Source: Nitrospirae bacterium UBA2233
GTDB taxonomy: Bacteria > UBA2233
NCBI GenBank assembly: GCA_002347965.1
Contig: DDYN01000031.1
Location: 20,177 to 84,176, forward strand
Direction of reading: 5' to 3'
DNA: 64,000 bases
Shown here: one piece after another, positions 57,249 to 64,000 of the stretch
Numbering within the stretch: the stretch's first letter is position 1
Layout of the letters: each line of letters starts with the position of its first letter
The notes under the pieces: generated by a model
Seen by the model: only the letters and a program-made list of their open reading frames with translations
Databases searched by the model: none
What the model was told of the DNA's origin: nothing
Made by a program: the position numbers and the translations under genes

Positions 57249-59528
57249 TTACAAGGCATCGGCTTTCCACGAGGCGACAAAGCAGCTCGCAGGGTTTTTC
57301 TTGGCGACCTTTTTGAGTTTGGCCGCCTCCTCGCCCACCTCAAGATGCCCATTAAACACTCCAGGCTCAAGCAGAACGCCAGCCAAAGAGATGGCGATGA
57401 GGGGAAATTCCCGAACGTGCCCTTCTCTATCCTGGGACACGATGTATCCTCGGCTCCGGTCCTCTTCGGTGTAGAAGTTCACGATGGAGGCGTCGAAACG
57501 TTCGACAATTTCCATGCAGGCTTTTGCCGAGTTTTCTACAGGGAGGATAAAGATAAAGTCATCCCCTCCGACATGCCCCAAAAACCCGTCCTCGGCTTGA
57601 TCAATCGCGCTCTTGAGCGTAAAGGCCGTGTATTTGATTACGTCATCCCCATGGGTGAACCCATAACGGTCGTTGTAGGCCTTGAAGTTGTCGAGGTCCG
57701 CATAGACAACCACGTGCTCAAGACGCCCCTGAATCCTTCGGTTGATCTCGTCGTAAATCGGGATGTTTCCGGGTAGCCCCGTCAACGGGTTTGCGTACGT
57801 CGCGAACAAGATCTGGAGCTCGGAGGTCTTTCGGAATAGCTCGTGGACCGTGCCTAGCCCCGAATACTTCCCGGACGTCGTCACAAGAAACGGGTCGTAC
57901 ACACGAGAAGGCGGGCGTTCCAGGCAGGCCCTGGAAACACGCTCTAGAGAATCCGTTGCTTCGACGATAACGGGGTTGGGGTCCATTAGCCGCTCGATCG
58001 GCTTTTCGCAGTACAAGGCATACCCGAACTCACTCGAGAGCTTAAGGAACAAGGGTTCACGGACAACGAGGCCGACGGGACTTCCCGTTGGGTTGACGAC
58101 AGGCAGCGCCACCAGGTCTTCTTTCTCCTTGAACCTCTGAACCACCACCCTTACCTTTGTGTTTGGGAAAATTGGTTCGACAAAATATTTCAGTTCCTCG
58201 ATGACGCTTCCCGAGACGGGCCTTTCGCCGACTTCTACCTTGGAGAACAATTTATGGATATTAGTAAACGACTCCGAAAAACCAGCCACCGATTCGTTCG
58301 GCCTTCCCAAGAAATAGCCTTGCCCTAGGTCTACTCCAAGCTTGTAGACCTCTTTGAGCTCGTCAAAGGTCTCGATCCCCTCGGCAACAACGAGGATCCC
58401 TAAGGCGTGGGCCAAATCCACAAGCGAACGCACGAGGCGGAGCTTGATGTACGACTTGCCGAGGTCTTGAATAACTCCCCTGTCTATCTTGATGATATCC
58501 GGCGTTTGATGGACAAGGATGGGGATGAGGCTGATGCCGGCACCCACGTCGTCGATTGCCACGACAAACCCCTGACGCTTGTAATGGGCAATGGCCTCGA
58601 GCACGCCCTGTAGGCTAGGGAGCCTGACGTTTTCAGTAACCTCCACCACGAGCTGGTCGTAGGAAAGCCCATACCTCCGGGCAAGCGCTTTGGTAAGCCC
58701 AATTTCTCGGGAAGGCGCCAAGACCACTTCCGGATCAATGTTGACGGCAAGCCTTTTTTGGATTTTTTGCCTTGAGGCGTTGAAGAAGGCGCGTTCCCGC
58801 ATGGCTCCCTCGAGCAACGTCAGCTGGCTAGTCTCTTTGGCCGCTTCAATAAGCCGAATGATGCTTAAAAACGGCACCGAGGTGGTAGGGAAGGAGAGGC
58901 ATTCGTAGCCAAACAGCTCGGCCGTCTTGAGCGAATAGATCGGCTGGAAACGCGTAGAAATCAGCCCCCTTTGAACAATCTCCTGAATGCAGGCCTCAAT
59001 CTTGTAAGAGGTGTCGTAGCCCTTGTCAGCCCCCTTCCCTCCGTCGTTTAGCGTAGTGTTGAGGTCTTGGAAAATACGAAGAACCTGATAGTCCAAGGAA
59101 AGCTTGCAGTTCAACGCCGCTTCCAGCACGCCAACACGAATGTCCCCCCGCAAAGAGGCGGCATCTTCTATCCCAAAGGCCTGAAGGGAGGCGGGGTTCA
59201 GGAAAAACTCCCGAATTTTTGGTACCACGACTATTTTCTCGCTATGCTCAAGCGGCGCGTCGGGGATTAGGAGGAGCTCCCATGGGCCTATCACGCAGCC
59301 GGTCCCATCGATGCCCGCATATTCGGCCAGCGATTCCGCAAGGGTTCGCATCTGGTAAAGATCGGACTTAGGGGATGCGCTTGCCTGGCCATTGCCAAGA
59401 ATCTCCCGGAAGTTCACAGAAAACACACAAAACTTCTGACTTTCGGAAAGCAGGCGCTTCATGAACACGATCAGGGATTCTAGGTCGGGCAAGAGGCTAA
59501 GGCGTCTCGATTTTTCTCGTATAAACAC
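57249..59528 (-). CDS. c-di-GMP turnover protein: unknown N-domain, EAL, tandem CBS, degenerate GGDEF (GGDDF)
   Basis: EAL motifs (EVTENV, AIDDVGAG, IIKIDRGVI, VVAEGIETFDELKEV); a CBS-like region; C-terminal GGDEF fold with HVGGDDFIFILP. Confidence 0.8.
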   Translation of the reverse strand: MFIREKSRRLSLLPDLESLIVFMKRLLSESQKFCVFSVNFREILGNGQASASPKSDLYQMRTLAESLAEYAGIDGTGCVIGPWELLLIPDAPLEHSEKIVVVPKIREFFLNPASLQAFGIEDAASLRGDIRVGVLEAALNCKLSLDYQVLRIFQDLNTTLNDGGKGADKGYDTSYKIEACIQEIVQRGLISTRFQPIYSLKTAELFGYECLSFPTTSVPFLSIIRLIEAAKETSQLTLLEGAMRERAFFNASRQKIQKRLAVNIDPEVVLAPSREIGLTKALARRYGLSYDQLVVEVTENVRLPSLQGVLEAIAHYKRQGFVVAIDDVGAGISLIPILVHQTPDIIKIDRGVIQDLGKSYIKLRLVRSLVDLAHALGILVVAEGIETFDELKEVYKLGVDLGQGYFLGRPNESVAGFSESFTNIHKLFSKVEVGERPVSGSVIEELKYFVEPIFPNTKVRVVVQRFKEKEDLVALPVVNPTGSPVGLVVREPLFLKLSSEFGYALYCEKPIERLMDPNPVIVEATDSLERVSRACLERPPSRVYDPFLVTTSGKYSGLGTVHELFRKTSELQILFATYANPLTGLPGNIPIYDEINRRIQGRLEHVVVYADLDNFKAYNDRYGFTHGDDVIKYTAFTLKSAIDQAEDGFLGHVGGDDFIFILPVENSAKACMEIVERFDASIVNFYTEEDRSRGYIVSQDREGHVREFPLIAISLAGVLLEPGVFNGHLEVGEEAAKLKKVAKKNPASCFVASWKADAL

Positions 59529-59693
59529 TGATAACGCCCTTTTTGTTTCTTTTCAGCGTAACACAACGGATGCACGCACAAGTCCTAAGCCGTGCCGCAT
59601 TCACCCAGAAAGCCCGCCCGTATAGGCGCTTTCTGGGTAGCTCTCTATCTTTAAGGAAAGAAAGGGTTTAAAAAAATGCGACCCCTAGGAGCG

Positions 59694-61016
59694 TTACACG
59701 TCCCTTTCGGCGTCGAAGATTCGGGGGGTCGTCAAATCAACCCGCAACTCTCTTAGGAGTACCTCGCCGTTGGAACGCTCAAGAGTGCTCGTCGCGATAC
59801 CGACCTGCATGTCCGGGTTTGGCAAGGTCGGAACCATTCCTACCGGAAACTCCAGGATCCGAGAGGCCGGGTCGAACCGGAACTTTTGGAAGCCCGACCT
59901 CTGGAATGCTCGAAGGACCTCCATGGCATCCTTGCCGTATACCTTGGCTGAAACCAAGAAGTAGCTGTTCTCCGAGAAGGTGTGCGTTTTTGGGATTGGA
60001 CCGCCCGCATTCTGGCGAAACAGCTGGGCCGTGTGCTTGTTCTCGCCGGAGCAATAATGCACCCCAAGCTTAAGGCCCTCCTCAAGGGCATACTCCAGTA
60101 GATTCAGACAGGCCGCTTCGCTGCCCGCAATCGGCAAAGTGCCGGGGTACCAATAGTCGTATAGAACGGACCAAGGGGGATTTTTAATCAGGTATCCCCG
60201 CTCTTTATAGGCGCCGGGGTGAACGAGCGAACAAAGCATTTCGAGCAGGTTGATGCCGAATATCCCGATCTGGTTGAGCTTACTCAAGATGCCTTGCATC
60301 ACGCCTTCCGTACCGGGCTCTATGGGCATCTCGACCATCGTTACAAGGTGGTGCTCGTTGGCCGAAACAAGCGAATCAAATATGGTTTTTCCCTCGTAAA
60401 AATCCTCCATCTTGATGCTGAAACGAATCTCGTTCAGTCCTGCCTTTGAAAGCGCCCGAAGGATGGAAGAATCTACAAAATCCCCGTTGGTATAAAGCCT
60501 CGTGTAGGCCTCCGGAAAAAGCGTACGGGCGGTCTGAAAAAAATCGATCACTTTTTCAGGATGAAGCAGCGGCTCTCCTCCGCTAAGGCCTACAAACTGC
60601 AATCCTGGCGTTTTTTCTGCCAAAGCATAAAGGTCTGCTTTGGCATCCCTCTCATGCTGAAGGTAGTAGCCGTAATCCTTCATTGCATGGTTAAAACAAA
60701 AATAACAATCCCTGTTACACTGGAAGGAGATGAAAAACGTCCGGCTTCCTATGCCTTTCTCGCAAGCCCTGCATGCGGGCGAGAGACGGCCGACGTGAAT
60801 GCTCCTTCCTCCATTGAGAAAGATGGCCCCTCCTTGCTTGAGCCGTTCCAGCTGCTCTTTTGGCTGAACCGGGTCGGGTTTGGGAGCAAATTCAAACCCA
60901 AGCCGGCGAACCTGCCCGTAGAAATCTTCTTGGATTTGGAGGTACCCGGCGGCCTCCTCGCGAAGCTGCGGGTTCTTCGCCAAGGCCATCGAGTCTGCAT
61001 CCAAAGGAATGATCAT
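59694..61016 (-). CDS. Radical SAM protein of unknown function, with a ~95-aa N-terminal extension carrying CxxC and a ~150-aa C-terminal domain
   Basis: CNRDCYFC (CxxxCxxC) at residues ~99-106, a GGEP SAM-binding motif (LSGGEPLL), and an upstream CRAC pair. Confidence 0.75.
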   Translation of the reverse strand: MIIPLDADSMALAKNPQLREEAAGYLQIQEDFYGQVRRLGFEFAPKPDPVQPKEQLERLKQGGAIFLNGGRSIHVGRLSPACRACEKGIGSRTFFISFQCNRDCYFCFNHAMKDYGYYLQHERDAKADLYALAEKTPGLQFVGLSGGEPLLHPEKVIDFFQTARTLFPEAYTRLYTNGDFVDSSILRALSKAGLNEIRFSIKMEDFYEGKTIFDSLVSANEHHLVTMVEMPIEPGTEGVMQGILSKLNQIGIFGINLLEMLCSLVHPGAYKERGYLIKNPPWSVLYDYWYPGTLPIAGSEAACLNLLEYALEEGLKLGVHYCSGENKHTAQLFRQNAGGPIPKTHTFSENSYFLVSAKVYGKDAMEVLRAFQRSGFQKFRFDPASRILEFPVGMVPTLPNPDMQVGIATSTLERSNGEVLLRELRVDLTTPRIFDAERDV

Positions 61017-61037
61017 TGGCTTTTGAAGGAAACCTGA

Positions 61038-61463
61038 TTAGTCCTTTTCTTCGGACTTAAGCTCTTCTTCGGCCTTGGAAAGCTCTTCTTGGATCGTCTT
61101 CTTTCCCGCATCGATCGCATCCAGCAGTTCTTTTTTCCTGGTCTCCGCCAGCAACCTCCCGCGCTCGAACAACTCCGTCGATGCCCGAAGAATCCGGTCC
61201 AAGGCTTGTCTCGCCGATTCAGAAAAGCTAGAGCCCATTGCTTCGGCTTTGTCTTTCAGCCTTTCAGAAAAGCTAGAACCCATTGCTTCGGCTTTGTCTT
61301 TTAGCCTTCCTGCCAAATCCTTCGCCTTTTCCGCATACTCAAGCTCACGCCTTGAAGACAGAAGAAAGCCCGTCAAGGCGCCCATGCCCCACCCCACTAA
61401 GAACATCGCCACCATAGAAAGACCGCCGCGCTCACGATCCAAAGGCACTTCTTTTCTCTCCAT
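61038..61463 (-). CDS. YtxH-like membrane-anchored stress protein with an internal 15-aa duplication
   Basis: 141 aa; N-terminal TM (MVAMFLVGWGMGALTGFLL), then helical low-complexity K/E/A-rich sequence with RLKDKAEAMGSSFSE repeated twice. Confidence 0.55.
   Translation of the reverse strand: MERKEVPLDRERGGLSMVAMFLVGWGMGALTGFLLSSRRELEYAEKAKDLAGRLKDKAEAMGSSFSERLKDKAEAMGSSFSESARQALDRILRASTELFERGRLLAETRKKELLDAIDAGKKTIQEELSKAEEELKSEEKD
61218..61307. repeat. 2 x 45-bp tandem direct repeat, in-frame inside the YtxH-like gene
   Basis: ttcagaaaagctagaGcccattgcttcggctttgtctttCagcc followed by ttcagaaaagctagaAcccattgcttcggctttgtctttTagcc (2 mismatches). Confidence 0.8.
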
Positions 61464-61493
61464 TGCTGCCCCTCCCTTTGTTGTGTCTAAACC

Positions 61494-61913
61494 TTAAGAA
61501 CCAAACGAACGACCCTTCCTTTGCTGCCTATCCAAGAAAAACCTTAACCCTTTGTAGATGCCATACGCCGTAGCGTACGTAGTGTTGACGGCCGGCAGGA
61601 CACGGGTGCTTAGCACTGAAACCGACTTCACCACGCCGTCCGTCGCCTGCAGCAGGCCCTTATGGACGTATTCGAGGGTTTGATCGCTCCTGCGAAGCTG
61701 AAATTTTGCATTCTCGGAAATATCCCGAACATCTCCGATGAGGCGGTCAAGGGAATGAGCCACTGGGCTCACTTCTTTTTTGACAACCTCGGCCAGTTCT
61801 TTCGTTTTTTTTGCAAGAAGGGCTAGCTGGGCAAGAAACAAAATGCAGAGAATGACCTGGAAAAGCGCAAAAAAGCACAATACAATCGCAAGAATCAACA
61901 GGGGCCGGTCCAT
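61494..61913 (-). CDS. DUF948 (YtxG-like) membrane protein
   Basis: 139 aa; N-terminal TM (LLILAIVLCFFALFQVILCILFL), then a helical domain. Pairing with the downstream YtxH-like gene mirrors the B. subtilis ytxG-ytxH order. Confidence 0.55.
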   Translation of the reverse strand: MDRPLLILAIVLCFFALFQVILCILFLAQLALLAKKTKELAEVVKKEVSPVAHSLDRLIGDVRDISENAKFQLRRSDQTLEYVHKGLLQATDGVVKSVSVLSTRVLPAVNTTYATAYGIYKGLRFFLDRQQRKGRSFGS

Positions 61914-61995
61914 GGTCCCTCCTTCGTAGTTTAAAGCGAACCTGGTTCCATTATACTAGGAATTCCTGGCTGTATCTACGGCAGCCTGGTCGTCC

Positions 61996-62304
61996 TTACT
62001 TAACAGGCGTTTGGGATGCATCCAGCTTGGCATCCGGGAGCCCAGGCTCGAGTGCTTGAATTTTCTTGGCAAGCTTCTTTGCCTTTCGCCAATGCTTCAT
62101 GTCCATCTCTTGCTGCATCTGAATAAACAGATTGCGGTAGTCCTCGTATTTCTTCGGGTCTATGGCCTGTACCATCGGGGCCTTTGTCTCGTAGGTTTGC
62201 TTTGCCGCGTAGTAGTCCCTGTATGGTGCCGTGGCACAGCCTCCAACGAGAAAAAAGACTCCAAAACATACAGCAACGGAAACGGGATGCTTTTGGCTCT
62301 CCAT
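61996..62304 (-). CDS. Small lipoprotein
   Basis: 102 aa; signal peptide with lipobox LVGGC; basic, K-rich mature part. Confidence 0.5.
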   Translation of the reverse strand: MESQKHPVSVAVCFGVFFLVGGCATAPYRDYYAAKQTYETKAPMVQAIDPKKYEDYRNLFIQMQQEMDMKHWRKAKKLAKKIQALEPGLPDAKLDASQTPVK

Positions 62305-62439
62305 TTCCCTCTTTCTCTCCTTTTTTTACACAAACTTATTGTGCGTGCACGCACGAAACAGCCACCCTTCCTGCGGCCGAAAGCCCGCAGAACGAGGCAA
62401 GCGGCGTTTTATCGGCAAGGCGGCTACAACCTCCTGGGC

Positions 62440-64000
62440 TTATGCGTCCAATCCCCCCGTCTCTGCCTTTGACTTCACGAGCCGTATCCCAAGCTCTTGA
62501 AGCTGATCCTCGCTAACGGGAGAGGGCGCTTGGGTCATCAAGCAGGTTCCTTTTTGCGTTTTTGGGAAGGCAATCACATCGCGGATGCTGGAAGCCCCTA
62601 CTACCAGCGTAACGATGCGATCCAACCCGTAGGCAATGCCGCCATGCGGAGGGGCTCCGTAGGCCAAGGCGTCCAACAAAAAACCGAACTTCTGCCTCGC
62701 TTCTTCCTTGGAGATTGCCAGCAAGGAAAACACGCGCTCTTGGAGGGCGGAATTGTAGATTCGCATCGATCCACCTCCAATTTCGTTGCCGTCTAGGACC
62801 ATGTCGTAGGCCTTCGCACGGACCGCCAGAGGGTCTTGCTCGAGCTTATGTACATCCTCGTCCATCGGGGCAGTGAACGGGTGGTGCATCGAAGTATACC
62901 TTCCTTCTGCCTCGTCGTACTCCAATAGCGGAAAATCTACCACCCAAAGGAACGCGTGGCTTCCAGCCGGGACAAGCCCAAGCTTGTCGCGAAAGTAGAG
63001 ACGAACCTGGGAAAGCGCTGTACAGAGTCTAGCGTTGGGCCCGACTGCAAGTATTCCCCATTCACCGTCCCCGAGGCCTAGCGTTTCTATGGTTCCGGAT
63101 GTCTCAGCCTCGGAGAAGTGTCGAGTAAGTCGGCCCTTGAGGGCGCCTCCTTCTCGCCTTATGATCGTCAACCCCCCCAACCCTACACTTCGGGCCATTT
63201 CTTCGAGAACGGACTGCTCTTTTGGGGGAAACTCATTCAGCCCTTCCGGCTTGAGCCCCTTGATAACCCCTCCCGACTCCATGGCCTTGCGAAAAACCTC
63301 GAGAGACGAGCCCGAAAAGACGGCCGAAAGATCCTTCAGGTGCATACCAAAACGAACATCCGGCTTGTCCGTCCCGTAAGTCTCGATGGCATCCTTGTAG
63401 GAAATCCTACGTAAGGGCCTCTCAAGCGGAATCTCAAGCTCACCAAAAATCTTCTCAAGGAGCCTTTCGTTAACCTCGAGGAACTCTTCGAGCGTGAGGA
63501 AGGACGCCTCGATGTCGATCTGGGTAAATTCCGGCTGCCTGTCTGCCCTTAGGTCTTCGTCTCGAAAGCAGCGGGCAATTTGAAAGTAGCGGTCGAACCC
63601 CGCAACCATCAAGAGCTGCTTGAACAGCTGCGGGGACTGCGGAAGGGCATAGAAATGTCCCCTTGTAAGCCGTGAAGGGACGAGAAAATCCCTTGCGCCC
63701 TCCGGAGTGCTCTTCGTCAAGATGGGGGTTTCGACCTCCATGAACCCGTTATCGCTCAAGAATTTCCGCGTGGCCTGCATCGCGGAATGCCTTACCCTAA
63801 GGTTTTCGATCATGCGCGGACGACGCAAGTCAAGGTACCTGTAAAGAAGCCTGACGTTCTCCTGAACTTCTGCATCGTCCTCGACGAGAAAAGGAAGCGG
63901 CTTGCAGGCATTCAGTACGGTTAGCCTAGAAATACGGATCTCGACATCCCCGGTGCGATGCTGCAGGTTCTCGGTACCCGAGGGTCGCCGCTTTACTTCA
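62440..64000 (-). CDS. aspS: Aspartate--tRNA ligase, N-terminus beyond the window end
   Basis: Class-II aaRS motifs (FRDEDLRADRQPEFTQID motif 2 region; GGGSMRIY and GLDR motif 3); the reading frame stays open to position 64000. Confidence 0.9.
   Translation of the reverse strand, partial: EVKRRPSGTENLQHRTGDVEIRISRLTVLNACKPLPFLVEDDAEVQENVRLLYRYLDLRRPRMIENLRVRHSAMQATRKFLSDNGFMEVETPILTKSTPEGARDFLVPSRLTRGHFYALPQSPQLFKQLLMVAGFDRYFQIARCFRDEDLRADRQPEFTQIDIEASFLTLEEFLEVNERLLEKIFGELEIPLERPLRRISYKDAIETYGTDKPDVRFGMHLKDLSAVFSGSSLEVFRKAMESGGVIKGLKPEGLNEFPPKEQSVLEEMARSVGLGGLTIIRREGGALKGRLTRHFSEAETSGTIETLGLGDGEWGILAVGPNARLCTALSQVRLYFRDKLGLVPAGSHAFLWVVDFPLLEYDEAEGRYTSMHHPFTAPMDEDVHKLEQDPLAVRAKAYDMVLDGNEIGGGSMRIYNSALQERVFSLLAISKEEARQKFGFLLDALAYGAPPHGGIAYGLDRIVTLVVGASSIRDVIAFPKTQKGTCLMTQAPSPVSEDQLQELGIRLVKSKAETGGLDA

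Noticed and set aside
59603-59639. Hairpin cccagaaagc...gctttctggg between the radical-SAM and EAL-GGDEF genes as an intrinsic terminator
   Set aside because: On the transcribed (minus) strand the stem is not followed by a U-run; it may be a regulatory or RNase-processing structure but it cannot be called a terminator.

Overview
High-GC (~60%) chromosomal segment from a Gram-negative bacterium (LptE, beta-barrel OMPs, RND triad). A Deltaproteobacteria/Syntrophobacter-like origin is a low-confidence guess based on gene content. About 65 genes are tightly packed, mostly on the minus strand, and many junctions are ATGA/TAATG overlaps that indicate translational coupling. Core housekeeping dominates: rpsB-tsf-pyrH-frr, panBCD, pntAA/AB/B, rarA, purA-hisZ, serA plus a class-V aminotransferase, a nusB-ribH-ribBA-ribE-ribD-glyA-rpiB-acpP-plsX-rpmF-yceD string, rpsT, holA-lptE-leuS, nadE, phoU-pstB, and a partial aspS at the 3' edge. 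I found no rRNA, tRNA, CRISPR array, transposase or integrase. The accessory-looking part is 45.7-61.0 kb, read in minus-strand order. It starts with a glycosyl module (DUF2334, GT4, PHP-GT4 fusion, phosphohexomutase). It runs directly into an uncharacterised cassette: an HprK-like P-loop kinase, an ATP-grasp enzyme, a PhoU-domain/APH-like kinase fusion and three tandem paralogous small proteins sharing a KLxLKLSW-type motif (possibly the 'amphi-Trp' domain). After that come a PHP phosphoesterase, an EAL-CBS-GGDEF protein, a radical-SAM protein and a ytxG/ytxH-like stress pair. Other points of interest: an NSS transporter - 39-aa microprotein - PTPS-like - amidohydrolase - Amt chain joined by ATGA overlaps, a sensor GGDEF with a degenerate VanY/M15-like tail coupled to alanine racemase, and a DUF1302/DUF1329/RND outer-membrane export triad. 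All calls rest on reading the ORF translations; no database search was run. In a few places (for example around 21.66-21.72 kb) my character count of the printed sequence was off by 1 nt relative to the ORF track; I used the ORF-track frame there.
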